A stretch of DNA of 64,000 nt from Methanotrichaceae archaeon. GTDB lineage: Archaea > Halobacteriota > Methanosarcinia > Methanotrichales > Methanotrichaceae. The notes under the pieces were generated by a model. That model searched no databases and was not told where the DNA came from. It worked only from the letters and a program-made list of their open reading frames with translations. The stretch covers positions 32,001 to 96,000 of the forward strand of contig CAVWIG010000015.1 of assembly GCA_963754945.1 (NCBI GenBank). Reading direction: 5' to 3'. How positions within the stretch are numbered: position 1 is the stretch's first letter; each line of letters starts with the position of its first letter. This document shows positions 1 to 10,769 of this stretch, one piece after another. The position numbers were made by a program, and so were the translations under genes.

Positions 1-393
1 TCTTTTGAGAGCAAGCTCATAGTCGTTTGACAGCGCCTGGGCCGGGCATGTGAGAACGCATGTCGGTGTCTCGTTGGGAGCGCACAGATCGCACTTGTGA
101 GCCAGCTTGTCCGTCCACACAACCCCGAAGGGACATGCAAGCCGGCATAACCCACATCCAGTGCACTTGTCCAGGCTGAAGGAGGTGCGTTCTCCATCCT
201 TGGTCAGGGCACCGCTATAGCAAGCCATGGTGCAGGCCGCCTCTTCGCAGTGGTGACAGAAGAGAGGGACTGATGCCCGGTCTTCACGGATGTGAACATT
301 GACGTGGCCCTTGCCGCCATGAACGCGCTTGCAAGCCACCTCACAAGAACGGCAGCCTATGCACCGGTTGATATCTACGTAGACCCGCATCAT
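1..393 (-). CDS. 4Fe-4S dicluster (HycB/CooF-like) electron-transfer protein, runs off the window edge
   Basis: Manual translation from ATG at 393: MMRVYVDINRCIGCRSCEVAC...CHHCEEAACTMAC...CTGCGLCRLACP...KCDLC...CVLTCP, i.e. four 4Fe-4S motifs. GGGAGG SD upstream. Starts directly after the fdh stop. Not in the ORF track. Confidence 0.9.
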   Translation of the reverse strand, partial: MMRVYVDINRCIGCRSCEVACKRVHGGKGHVNVHIREDRASVPLFCHHCEEAACTMACYSGALTKDGERTSFSLDKCTGCGLCRLACPFGVVWTDKLAHKCDLCAPNETPTCVLTCPAQALSNDYELALKR

Positions 394-2430
394 CTAATCC
401 CTCCCGGATATCTTGCAGGCAGCCACCTTGAACTCAGGGATCTTGGCCTCCGCGTCCCTTGCGTCTGTGGTGAGGAGGTTTGTTCCTGGATAGTGGAAGG
501 GCATGAAAACCACTCCCTGCTTTACGCTGTCCGTCACCCTGGCCAACGCACTCGTCTTCCCACGTTCTGTTGCTACCTCAACGCTATCGCCGTCTTTTAT
601 CCCAAGTGGAGCTGCGTCCACTGGGTTTATCTCAACAAAGAGGTTCGGCGCTCGTTCCATCAGCGACGGGCTCCGTCGTGTCATGGAACCGGCATTGAAG
701 TGTACGGCGATTCTGCCCGTAGTCAGGATGAGCGGATACTCGGTCCCTGTGTCCTCGGCTGCAGGCCTGTACTGGACTGGGGCTATCAACGCCCGACCGT
801 CCTGCAGTTTGAAGCCCGCAGAGTGCAGAATGGGAGTGCCAGGATGGTCCGTGCTCGGGCACGGCCAGATGAGACCTCCAATTCCCAGGCGTTCCCGAGT
901 TATTCCTTTGTAGGTCGGAACTAGTTTGTTGATCTCTGCCAGAACGGCAGCAGCATCTGGATAATCGAAATTCAGGCCCATGCTTTTTGCTACCATGCAA
1001 ACGATCTCCAGATCGCTCTTGGCCTCTCCCGGAGGTTCTATGGCACGGTTGGACCACTGGACTCTCCTTTCCGTGGAGGTATAGGTCCCCTCCTTCTCGG
1101 CCCACGAGGCTGCAGGGAGAACTACATTGGCGAGCCGGGCTGTAGCTGTCATGAATATATCCTGAACCACCAGGAAGTCCAAATTCTCAAGACAGTCCTT
1201 TATGTGGGAACTATACGGATCGGAATTAGCTGGGTCCTCGCCCACGATGTACATGGCCTTGAGCTGACCCTCGCAAGCCGCATCCATCATCTCTGTGGCA
1301 GCTAAGCCTCGGCCTACTGGAAGCAAGGTGGTGCCCCAGGCCTGGCCAAAGAACTTCGCAGTCTCGGGATCGTCGGACTTTCTGTAACCGGGATAGAACT
1401 CAGCCAGAGCGCCCATGTCACAGGCTCCCTGGACGTTGTTATGGCCACGCAGAGGAAGAACGCCCGTGCCCTCCTTCCCGATCTGGCCGGAGATCAGAGC
1501 AAGGTTGGCGACGGATTGGACGTTGTCCGTACCGGAGGTATGCTGGGTTATTCCCATGGAGTAGACGATCGCCGATGCCGGGGATTGGGCATACATCTTT
1601 GCAGCCTTGATTATATCCTTTACAGGGACTCCGGTTATATCTGCAGCTCTCTCTGGTGTGTAGTCCTTTACCGCTTCGGCTAGGTCCTCGAAACCCCTGG
1701 TACTCTTGGATATGAAGGCTTTATCGACGAGGTTCTCGTCTATGATCACCTTCATCATGGCGTTCAGAAGGGCCACATCGGTTCCTGGCTTGAGCTGCAG
1801 GAAAAGATCTGCCAACCAGGCGGTGTGAGTCAGCCTGGGATCGGCTACGATCACCTGGGCTCCCGAGTCCTTAGCCCTGTGAATCCATCGGGACAGGATT
1901 GCGTGGTTCTCAGCCAGGTTGGACCCTATGATGAATATGCATTTGGAGTTGGCCAGATCGGAGATGGGATTGGTCATTCCAGCCGCTCCCAGGGTTCTGT
2001 TCAAACCGACTACGGAGGGTGCGTGGCAGAGACGTGCGCAATTGTCCACATTTCTGGACCCGAGTGTCCGGGCCAGCTTCTGGATAAGGTAGTTTTCCTC
2101 GTTGGTGCACTTCGATGAGGAGAGGAAACCAACTGAATCGGGTCCACTATTTTTGATGGCCCTGCCCAGGCCTTTGGAGACGAGCTCCAGAGCCTCATCC
2201 CAAGAAATCCTAGTCCACTCGTATCCGTTTCTCTTCATTGGATAGAGCAGCCTATCCGCACTGTAGACGACCTCCAGAGCAGCATTGCCCTTGGGACAGA
2301 GGGACCCTTCGTTGGCTGGATGCTCTGGCATATACTCGATCCCCGTAGCTTGACCCTTCTCGACTGCGACATAAAACCCGCAGCCTGCAGCACAATACGG
2401 ACAGATCGTTGAAACAAGCGATTTCGACAT
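394..2430 (-). CDS. fdhA: Mo/W-bisPGD formate dehydrogenase catalytic subunit (FdhF/FdhA type, Cys ligand)
   Basis: N-terminal CPYCAAGC...C 4Fe-4S motif, NCARLCH active site (Cys-His), LRGHNNVQG, C-terminal IPEFK. Confidence 0.92.
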   Translation of the reverse strand: MSKSLVSTICPYCAAGCGFYVAVEKGQATGIEYMPEHPANEGSLCPKGNAALEVVYSADRLLYPMKRNGYEWTRISWDEALELVSKGLGRAIKNSGPDSVGFLSSSKCTNEENYLIQKLARTLGSRNVDNCARLCHAPSVVGLNRTLGAAGMTNPISDLANSKCIFIIGSNLAENHAILSRWIHRAKDSGAQVIVADPRLTHTAWLADLFLQLKPGTDVALLNAMMKVIIDENLVDKAFISKSTRGFEDLAEAVKDYTPERAADITGVPVKDIIKAAKMYAQSPASAIVYSMGITQHTSGTDNVQSVANLALISGQIGKEGTGVLPLRGHNNVQGACDMGALAEFYPGYRKSDDPETAKFFGQAWGTTLLPVGRGLAATEMMDAACEGQLKAMYIVGEDPANSDPYSSHIKDCLENLDFLVVQDIFMTATARLANVVLPAASWAEKEGTYTSTERRVQWSNRAIEPPGEAKSDLEIVCMVAKSMGLNFDYPDAAAVLAEINKLVPTYKGITRERLGIGGLIWPCPSTDHPGTPILHSAGFKLQDGRALIAPVQYRPAAEDTGTEYPLILTTGRIAVHFNAGSMTRRSPSLMERAPNLFVEINPVDAAPLGIKDGDSVEVATERGKTSALARVTDSVKQGVVFMPFHYPGTNLLTTDARDAEAKIPEFKVAACKISGRD

Positions 2431-2715
2431 CTATCTCCCTTGTGGCGATCTCGTTAAATATGAATTCGAGGCCGTAAGCAAGGCGATCCTTGCATTTGCC
2501 TCTGATGGCTCCTTGGTGACATATCCACTGCAGTGGCAGTGACGTGGTGCTTTTTGCAATGATTTCTGGTTCATGCGAGGTTCGGGACGCGGATTGCGTA
2601 GGATCTCGCAAGCATCCTATCCCTCAAACATGTTCAAAGCTATATCCCTTGCGGGCGCAAGATGCCTTTTTCATAATTTTCTAAATGCTTGCCGGGTGCA
2701 TTTCTCGCCACTCGA

Positions 2716-3219
2716 TCAGGCCCTCGATCTCTGAATCTCGGCTGTTTTGAGGCCGGCGTCCCTGCTGGCAACATCAGCGAGCTGCCCTTCATCCAGGAAG
2801 ATCAGAGTTCCTGTTGGACATGCGTTAACGCAGGCCGGGATCTCAAGGTCCTTGCAGCGATCGCACTTCAGGGCGATTCTCTCTTCCTTTTCCCTGCCGA
2901 CTACGCCGTAGGTGCAGATAGTAGCGCAGACCCAGCAGCCCACGCACTTGTCACGGTCTTTCGTGACGATGCCCGTGACGTCGTCCTTGGATGTGGCACC
3001 CGTCCTGCACACGGCCACACACGGAGCTTCATCGCAGTGGTGGCAGAGTAGGGGCATCCTCTGGCCCCCAATCATCTCAACGTAAAGCCTCTTCCTCGGC
3101 TCCGGCTTATCGGCGAGGGCACCGAAGAGATTCTTGCTGCCCGAGTGCTGCACGGCACAGGCGATCTCACAAGAACGGCATCCCATGCAGCGTTCAGGAC
3201 GGACGAATATCTCCAACAT
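2716..3219 (-). CDS. cooF: CooF-type 4Fe-4S protein
   Basis: CMGCRSCEIAC, CHHCDEAPCVAVC, CVGCWVCATIC, KCDRC...CVNACP; immediately downstream of cooS. Confidence 0.88.
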   Translation of the reverse strand: MLEIFVRPERCMGCRSCEIACAVQHSGSKNLFGALADKPEPRKRLYVEMIGGQRMPLLCHHCDEAPCVAVCRTGATSKDDVTGIVTKDRDKCVGCWVCATICTYGVVGREKEERIALKCDRCKDLEIPACVNACPTGTLIFLDEGQLADVASRDAGLKTAEIQRSRA

Positions 3220-3228
3220 AAGCAGCCC

Positions 3229-5076
3229 TCAAAGCCCCAGCTTTTTGCGCTTGCTCTCGATGTGGTCAATAATCAGCTTCGCAGCCTTGAAGGGGTCCGG
3301 CTCCACGGCAAAGGCTCCACCGGTGACGCCCTTTATCCCCTCAGTCAGCAAGCTTGTCACACCTTGGCTCCCCAAGATCGGTGGAATGGTGCCCAGAACG
3401 GTATAGACTCCTGAAGCCACCACATAAGCACCGATTGACACCGCCTTCTCGCTCATCCACTCCGGAGCCGCAGCCGCGGCTGGAAGGTCGCTGATGTCAC
3501 AACCTAGAGCATCGGCCATGGCAGCGCAGGCTACCATTATCCTGCTGATGTCCACACAAGAGCCCATGTGCAGTACGGGCGGCACTCCGATGGCTTTACA
3601 GACGGTCTTCAGGCCATCGCCGGCCAGATCGGCGGCCTCGGGCAACAGCAGTCCGGCCTTTGCGCAAGCCTGGGCATTGCAGCCAGTAGTGACCACGAGA
3701 ACGTTGTTCTTTATCAGCTCCTTGACGAGGTTAACATGGCCGTAGTCCTGCTTCACTTTTGGATTGTTGCAACCGACGACCGCTGCCACGCCACGGATAG
3801 CTCCACCGGCGACGACGTCCAGCAACGGCTTTAGCGTTCCTCCTAGAGCACCAACGATGGCCTCCACGCTGAAGCCTACAACGGCCTCAGACTTGATGTC
3901 GGGAATATGGACCTTTGCGGGGTCGCGTAGACGGTAGTTTAAGACCGCCGTCTGGACGATCTGCTTGGCAGTCTCAAAGGCGCTCTCCTCCTTGAACTCC
4001 ATATGCGTTGCGCCTGGGAACTTTGCTTTTTGCGATGTAGAGATGAACTTGGTGTGGAAGCAGCCAGCCAGCGCGCCCAGGGCTGGCATGACGCACTGGA
4101 CGTCCACAACCATGGCGTCCACAGCTCCTGTGGCCACCGCAAGCTCCTGTTGGAGGAAGTTGCCGGCGATTGGTACGCCATGGCGCGCTAAGACCTCGTT
4201 CCCGGTACAGCACATGCCGGCCACGTTGATGCCTTTGGCTCCCTGATTCTTGGCTAGGTCTACAAGCTCGGGATCGCTGGCTGCTGCGACTATCATTTCG
4301 GACAGAAGGGGCTCATGACCGTGGACTACGATGTTGACCTTGTCGGCCTCCAGGACTCCCAAGTTGGCCTGGGAGCGGACGGGCGTTGGTGTGCCGAACA
4401 TGACGTCCTGCAGCTCAGTTGCGATCATGGAACCGCCCCAGCCGTCGGCCAAGCTCGTCCGCAGGCCGTGAAGCAGCAGGTTGACGTGATCATTGTCAAC
4501 ACCCATGGTTGTCCTGTGCATGCACTCCACTATCTCTCGATCGATTCCCCTTGGATCAATGCCCAGTTTCTTCCACAGCTCCTGGCGCTTTGCGGGAGCA
4601 CGACGAGTGAACTGGATCGGACCTTCCTGCTTTCCAAACTCTGCCATTACAGCGTTGGCTAGATCGATCTGGGTGGATACCCCGTACTCTTTCATCAGCC
4701 GGTCGAGCTTGGCTTGGTCCTTGACCTGATAGGATGGCGCTTTGCCCTCAGACATCAGCTTGAAAGTATGGGCCACATCCCTCGCGTGGTCCGAGTGGGC
4801 TGAAGCCCCGGCGGCAATAGCTCGCAGAAGGTTACGGGCAACGATGATGTCTGCTGTAGCACCGCATACGCCTTTTGTAGCCGCCTCCCCAAAGGGATCA
4901 ATGCGGCAGGGACCCATGTTGCAGTTGCGGCAGCACAGGCCAAGTTCTCCGAAACCGCATTGTGGTTGCTGCTTTTCTAACCGATCCCATGCGGTTTCCA
5001 GGCCAGCCTTGTGAACGATGGCCAGCATTTCCTGGCTGGCAGGGTCTATTGATCTCTCTTTGATGTTCGTGACCAT
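3229..5076 (-). CDS. cooS: Anaerobic Ni,Fe carbon-monoxide dehydrogenase catalytic subunit
   Basis: QCGFG...CCRNCNMGPC D/B-cluster motifs; C-cluster ligands in HGHEP, GMCCTG, DVQC, VGCNN, TGC, MGSCVD; SEKA. Start placed at ATG 5076. Confidence 0.95.
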   Translation of the reverse strand: MVTNIKERSIDPASQEMLAIVHKAGLETAWDRLEKQQPQCGFGELGLCCRNCNMGPCRIDPFGEAATKGVCGATADIIVARNLLRAIAAGASAHSDHARDVAHTFKLMSEGKAPSYQVKDQAKLDRLMKEYGVSTQIDLANAVMAEFGKQEGPIQFTRRAPAKRQELWKKLGIDPRGIDREIVECMHRTTMGVDNDHVNLLLHGLRTSLADGWGGSMIATELQDVMFGTPTPVRSQANLGVLEADKVNIVVHGHEPLLSEMIVAAASDPELVDLAKNQGAKGINVAGMCCTGNEVLARHGVPIAGNFLQQELAVATGAVDAMVVDVQCVMPALGALAGCFHTKFISTSQKAKFPGATHMEFKEESAFETAKQIVQTAVLNYRLRDPAKVHIPDIKSEAVVGFSVEAIVGALGGTLKPLLDVVAGGAIRGVAAVVGCNNPKVKQDYGHVNLVKELIKNNVLVVTTGCNAQACAKAGLLLPEAADLAGDGLKTVCKAIGVPPVLHMGSCVDISRIMVACAAMADALGCDISDLPAAAAAPEWMSEKAVSIGAYVVASGVYTVLGTIPPILGSQGVTSLLTEGIKGVTGGAFAVEPDPFKAAKLIIDHIESKRKKLGL

Positions 5077-5504
5077 GAATAATCCTCTTTTTATAATCAT
5101 TGTTGTTTATAAACAGTGCCTCTTCCGACCTGAAACTACTTAAGCTTATCTTTATTATTTTAAAATATTTATCTTGATTTGATATTGCACAATAACTTAA
5201 AAATTTTGTTACTCATCATGATCATACAATTATCTAAATTAAATGCGATCTGGCCTTTTTTGACGATTGTAAATAAGAGCTTTTTCTAGCTAAATTTTCT
5301 CGCTAATATTTCTACCAGATATTTAAACTTGATTCATAAACTTCCAAATTTTTGATTAATTTTCTGCGTAATTCCGCGACCACATCATTCAGACAACTCT
5401 TGGCAATTATCTCTTGATGAGTCGAAACTGAAGTGACGATCCAGTTAGCAAAGCTTCGCTCAATTGATAGAGACTCTCAATGACCTGATAGACACAAGGA
5501 TTGA

Positions 5505-7514
5505 CTATTTTTTTTTCATCCAGGGCGGTGTCGGTATTTTCAGAGATCGAAATCTATTTCCGTTATTGGTCTGCTTTTTTTTGGATTCTTGGGACTGGGC
5601 TGAGACTTTTGTGTAGATGTCATTTTTGCTATTGTCTCCTGCGTGATTCTGAGATATTTCCGTCCCATTGTTAAACGACGACATGGCTGAGAGAGATGAT
5701 CTTCCTTGGCTTTGTCCAGTTTTTGTGAGATTGTTACTGAGGTCGTTGTTAGGTTCTTGGATTTTGTTGGAGATGTTATTTTTGGCTAGTACAACTCTTG
5801 TGCTCGATTCAGAGGAGTTCGAGTGGCCTTTAAGGTTTCCAAAACCTTCATTGATCTTGTTTGATCCGACATTTGATGATTTATCTGGCGTATTATTGAC
5901 TGAAACATTGTCGTCGCGCACCTTTGATACAATGGGGGTTAGTTTGCCCCTTTTATCCTGCACAGAAAGCATCGATTCGTTCTGGGCTTTTTTATCCTTG
6001 ATTGCGCTGTCGTTTGTCGTTAGGTTGAAGGTACCATTCTCTATGTAAGTTTTATCGTTTATAAGATCCGATTCTTTGGGGGCTGATACTGCCGAACCAT
6101 TTTTGTCAGAAGCGATTCTTCCTTCTGTCTCTGTAGGTTTCGAAGTCGTAGAACTCGTCTGAGGCCGCGCAGAATCTGTAGAACCAGAAGAGGGGTTATC
6201 AAATGAAAGGTTGGGTCTCCCTGAGATAAAAAGATAAGAGCTGCTTCTACTCTCATTACCTCCAAGTTTCGCGTCAGGAAGAACATTTGAGATGTTACTG
6301 GTCGGATAAGAGTCCCTCTGCTGTTCATTCCCTTTTGATTCATTTGTCAGCGATTCAACTATCTGTGAATCGTTCATCCGAGTCTCATTCATCCGAGATT
6401 CAATGATCTGGGTTTGATTTATCCGGGATTCAGTCAATTGAGATTCGTTTGTCTGAGATTCGTCTATTCGGGTATCGTTTACTCGGGATTCATTAGTCCG
6501 GGTTTCATTCATCCGAGTCTCGTTTATCGGGGATTCGCTGACCTGGGTTTGATTTATCCGGGATTCAGTCAATTGAGATTCGTTTGTCTGAGATTCGTCT
6601 ATTCGGGTATCGTTTACTCGGGATTCATTAGTCCCGGTTTCATTCATCTGAGTCTCGTTTATCGGGGATTCGCTGACCTGGGTTTGATTTATCCGGGATT
6701 CAGTCAATTGAGATTCGTTTGTCTGAGATTCGTCTATTTGGGTATCGTTTACCCGGGATTCATTAGTCCGGGTTTCATTCATCCGAATCTCGTTTGTCTG
6801 AGATTCGTCCACTTGGGTATCGTTTACCCGAGATTCGTTAATCTGGGTTTCGTTCATCTGAAAATCGTTATTCTGAGGTTGATTTCCACCAATTGCGTTA
6901 AATGGAACTGCATCAGCTCTGTCAGCCTGATATGCAACACTTTTATCTTTCGAAGGGTTATATTCCCAGCACTTAACAGGCGTATCTGAGCCGCTATCGA
7001 GATCTGAGCTTCCTATTATGGGAGCGCTGGCTTTCTTTGCTGATTGAACAAGCCTTTGGGCTCGCGATGAGTTTGATGAGTTCAAAGATATCTGCTGATG
7101 GTTGAGATTTTTCATGCTGGCATTAGTCTCTTTTGCCTTAGGGACCCTATTCTTAGCCATTAGAGCCCGGGCTTTATAGCTATTGACTGCTGCTTTTTTG
7201 GCTGCCGCGCTGTTTAGAGAATTTATTCCCAGAATAGATTTGAATTGATCCATCAGCCTTATGCCATTTTCCTGCCAGGTCTTTATCGCCTTTATGCTTC
7301 CTTGAGGGACCTTGAGATCGAATCCGGTGAATGGTCCCTTGTGGGATGTGTTTGATTTGAAAGAGAGGATATCGGATAACAGGAAAGCACCCATGGCGAT
7401 CAAACAGATCAGCGCCAAGGCCAGGAAAATGTTAAACATCTTCGGATGTTTCTGAATTAAGCCTTTGCTAACTGAGCTATATATGGTGCTTCTTGTTTTC
7501 TCCGGATCCCTCAT
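5505..7514 (-). CDS. Membrane-anchored low-complexity (N/E/S/T/Q) repeat protein, putative surface glycoprotein
   Basis: One hydrophobic N-terminal segment (IFLALALICLIAMGAFLL), a pentapeptide-periodic central region, many NxS/T sequons. Confidence 0.7.
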   Translation of the reverse strand: MRDPEKTRSTIYSSVSKGLIQKHPKMFNIFLALALICLIAMGAFLLSDILSFKSNTSHKGPFTGFDLKVPQGSIKAIKTWQENGIRLMDQFKSILGINSLNSAAAKKAAVNSYKARALMAKNRVPKAKETNASMKNLNHQQISLNSSNSSRAQRLVQSAKKASAPIIGSSDLDSGSDTPVKCWEYNPSKDKSVAYQADRADAVPFNAIGGNQPQNNDFQMNETQINESRVNDTQVDESQTNEIRMNETRTNESRVNDTQIDESQTNESQLTESRINQTQVSESPINETQMNETGTNESRVNDTRIDESQTNESQLTESRINQTQVSESPINETRMNETRTNESRVNDTRIDESQTNESQLTESRINQTQIIESRMNETRMNDSQIVESLTNESKGNEQQRDSYPTSNISNVLPDAKLGGNESRSSSYLFISGRPNLSFDNPSSGSTDSARPQTSSTTSKPTETEGRIASDKNGSAVSAPKESDLINDKTYIENGTFNLTTNDSAIKDKKAQNESMLSVQDKRGKLTPIVSKVRDDNVSVNNTPDKSSNVGSNKINEGFGNLKGHSNSSESSTRVVLAKNNISNKIQEPNNDLSNNLTKTGQSQGRSSLSAMSSFNNGTEISQNHAGDNSKNDIYTKVSAQSQESKKKQTNNGNRFRSLKIPTPPWMKKK
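6345..6860. repeat. Coding tandem repeat: 15-bp units nested in about three near-identical 135-bp (45-aa) higher-order units
   Basis: atccgggattcagtcaattgagattc recurs at 6421, 6556 and 6691 (period 135). Confidence 0.9.
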
Positions 7515-7893
7515 ACATTACATGATATTTTTTTAAGTTTATAACATTTACGCTTGAAAAAATTCTGAAGTTGACTTAGATTCGAGCCGCCTTAGAATAA
7601 GCGTGAATGCTTCTCAATATACGAATACCTCGCTGGGTCTGGTTTTCTTTTTTCCTTGCTTAATGAGTATCAATGTCTCATATTAAATAAATTAAATAGA
7701 TTAAAAAACAAATTGATAAAGTACTCGCCCTTAACTCGTCGGCCCCTCCTTCCAGAAAGATGGAACTTCTCGGCCATGCCCACTAAACAAGGACGAGGCA
7801 CTTAAGTCGTATAGATCTTGTATGAGGTCGCGAGGAAAGATCTATGCGAGATCATCTGGGTTTTTAAAGGTTAATCCTTTTAAAGGAAATGAA

Positions 7894-8700
7894 ATGCGAT
7901 TAAGGGAACGACTTAAGGGGATCATTCCGGAAGATGATTTAGCTCGTCTCTCAAACCGGTTTCACGTCGTCGGAGATATAGCGATAGTCTCAGTCCCTCC
8001 AGAAATAGAGATCTATAAGATGGAAATCGCAAAAACCATAGTCTCTGGACACAGAAACATAAGAACCGTTCTCAACAAGGTCTCCAAGATTGACGGCGAT
8101 CGGAGGGTGGCAAGCTTTGAGATGTTGGCGGGCAATAAAACTGTAACCCTACACCGAGAGTTCGGATTCGTATACAGGTTAGATGTGCGCAAGGTCTTCT
8201 TCAACAGCCACCTTGGCTACGAAAGAAGGAGAGTGGCCCAGAAAGTCAAATCCGGGGAAAGAGTGCTCATTCCCTTCGCTGGAGTGGGTCCTTTTGCAGT
8301 GCCCGTAGCTGCTAATTGTGCCAGGGTTGTGGCCATTGAGTCGAATTCGGAGGCGTGCAAGTGGCTGGTCGAGAACGCCAGTTTGAACAGAGTAGAAAAT
8401 AACATCGATTTAATTAGAGGGGATGCTCTCAGCGTTGCTAATTTGCTAAATTTTAAAGATCTTAAATTCGATAGAGCAATTATACCAACGCCCTATGGAA
8501 TGGATCAGATTCTAGATATCTTATTGCCTTTGGTTAAGAAAGGATGCACAATCCATTTTTACACCTTCAAGAAAAAGCATCAGATAGATGGTCTAATTGC
8601 AAAATATGAAAATGAGGGGTTAAATGTCGAATTTCATCGCAGTTGCGGTAACGTGGCTCCTGGTGTATGCCGGTGGGTTTTTGATATGGTAAAAAGCTAA
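7894..8700 (+). CDS. Trm5/Met-10+ family class I SAM-dependent (tRNA) methyltransferase
   Basis: VVGDIAIV, HREFGFVYRLDVRKVFFN, FAGVGPF motifs; start placed at ATG 7894. Confidence 0.82.
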   Translation: MRLRERLKGIIPEDDLARLSNRFHVVGDIAIVSVPPEIEIYKMEIAKTIVSGHRNIRTVLNKVSKIDGDRRVASFEMLAGNKTVTLHREFGFVYRLDVRKVFFNSHLGYERRRVAQKVKSGERVLIPFAGVGPFAVPVAANCARVVAIESNSEACKWLVENASLNRVENNIDLIRGDALSVANLLNFKDLKFDRAIIPTPYGMDQILDILLPLVKKGCTIHFYTFKKKHQIDGLIAKYENEGLNVEFHRSCGNVAPGVCRWVFDMVKS

Positions 8701-8758
8701 GGTGCAGAAAATAGCAGAAGAATCGTAGAAGAACAATAACAGAAATAAGAGGCATACT

Positions 8759-9630
8759 ATGCAGATTTCCGACAAAATTCACGCACTTAAGGTCCCTTTC
8801 CAGATTACTGACCGATCCGGCCTGAAGGTCCCGCGGTTTGTTTACGTTTACCTCATCCATGGCGAAAAGACGTGTCTTATCGATAGCGGAGTCGCATCCT
8901 CGGAGCAATTCATATTCGATTATATCAGGAATACGGGAAGACAGCCTGAGGAGATTTCTCTGCTCGTCCTTACCCATTCTCATCCCGACCACATCGGGCC
9001 GCCCTGGCAATAAAAAAGGCATCAGGCTGTGCCGTCGCAGCGCCTGCGGCCGAGAAAGCCTGGATCGAAGATGTTGACCTGCAATCCAGAGAGCGTCCTG
9101 TCCCAGGCTTTCATTCTTTGGTTGGAGGATCGGTCAAGGTGGACCGTGTGCTTGAGGAAGGTGACATCTTGGACCTGGGCGACAGCTTGAACCTGGAAGT
9201 CATTCACACTCCCGGTCACTCCATAGGCTCGATCTCCCTATGGCTAGCAGAAGATGGGGTGCTTTTCTCCGGAGACGCAATTCCACTGCCGGGAGAGATG
9301 CCCATATACGACGATCCTCTGGCATCCGTCAAATCCATCAAGAGGCTGAAGGCTATCGTTGGAATCAAGTTTCTGCTCTCCGCTTGGGATCAGCCCAGGG
9401 AAGGGGAGCAGGCATACCGGATTATGGAAGAAAGCCTGCGCTATCTTCAGCGCATCCATGAGGCAGTTATCAAGATCTCAAGAGGGCAGCAAACGCTCGA
9501 TTCTATGGAGCTGACCAAAAGTGTCCTGAAAGAGCTGGGACTGCCGGAGACGATGGCAAATCCAATTGTTGCCAGGTCTTTCCTGGCCAACTTGAAGGTT
9601 CGCAACCATCAGAACCTGCTACAAGATTAA
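8759..9630 (+). pseudogene. MBL-fold metallo-hydrolase with a 1-nt frameshift near 8998
   Basis: THSHPDHIG in the first ORF; HTPGH and SGD in the second. Adding one G in atcgggccg restores IGAALAIKKASG. May be a sequencing error. Confidence 0.8.
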
Positions 9631-9694
9631 GACCATAAGATAGACCATAAAGATAAACCGCCAAGACAGACATTGACTTAACAGGAGAAGACCG

Positions 9695-10769
9695 ATGCCT
9701 ACCAACCTTCGCATTGCCACATTCAATCTTCTGAACCTCGACGACAAGCTCGGGCGCATGCCCACCCTGGACGAGCGCATCCCCATCATGCGCCCGCAGC
9801 TTGTCAGGCTCAACGCCGACATCCTTTGCTTCCAGGAAGTGTGCGGCCAGGATGAGCATGGCAAGACCCGCCTGTCTGCCTTGAACAAGCTCCTGCAGTC
9901 CACTCCCTACGAAGGCTACCACAGGTTTTCCACCACATTTGAGGGAACCAACCGGGTCTACGAGAGCCGAAACCTTGTGATCCTGAGCCGCTATGAGATC
10001 GTCGAAAGCCATCAGTACATGCACACTTATGCGCCATCCCCTCGATACCAGAAGGTGACTGCCCAGCCGGAGGAGACCGAAGCAAAGGAGGTATCCTGGG
10101 AGCGGCCCATCCTCCACGTCAAGGTAAAGGTGGAGAACAACATGGTCCTGGACGTGATCAACCTCCACCTGAAGTCCCGGCGGCCCACCAGCATACCCGG
10201 TCACAAGCTTGATGACTACACCTGGAAGACGGCCTCCGGCTGGGCTGAGGGCGTCTTCATCTCCAGCATGAAGCGCATCGGTCAGGCCCTGGAGACAAGG
10301 ATGCTCATCGACAAGCTCTTCGACGTAGAGCCTTCAGCCTTGATCGTTGTGTGCGGCGACTTCAACGAGGAGTTCGACGAGGTTGCCATCGAGGCTATCA
10401 GGGGCGACGTTGAGAACACCGGAAACATGGACTTAGCCATGACGGGTTATGGTGCCAACGGAGCGCAACATCCCTGAGCCTGCCAGGTACTCGTTCCTGC
10501 ACAACGGCAAGGGCAAGATGCTTGACCACATTCTGGTCTCGCGGACCCTGCTTGCATACTTCCGTGGCTCGGAGGTACACAATGAACTTTTGCACGACGA
10601 GTCGATAGTCTTCACTCCAAGGATATTCTATCCTGAGTCGGACCACGCCCCGGTGGTGGCGGAGTTCGAGCTGCCAGATTCAAGGATAAAATGGGCCATC
10701 GGATCGCGGCCAAGGGTGTTGAAGGATTCAAAGGAGAGAACGCGGGAAGAGTGCAGCTATAAGCCTTGA
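9695..10769 (+). pseudogene. Endonuclease/exonuclease/phosphatase (EEP) family protein, frameshift near 10442
   Basis: IATFNLLN, ADILCFQEV, HLKS, CGDFN, LDHILVS, SDHAP motifs across two ORFs. The copy at 12688-12951 shows the extra base (gccatgacgggtt vs gccacgcgggta). Confidence 0.85.

Noticed and set aside
391-2574. In-frame TAG-ATG junctions (47-codon ORF 2431-2574 to fdhA, and fdhA to the FeS gene) suggesting pyrrolysine readthrough
   Set aside because: TAG ends many ordinary genes here, both downstream genes have their own SD-like sequence, and the 47-aa ORF has no recognisable features
6345-6860. Repeat array as CRISPR
   Set aside because: In-frame coding repeat without unique spacers; no cas genes
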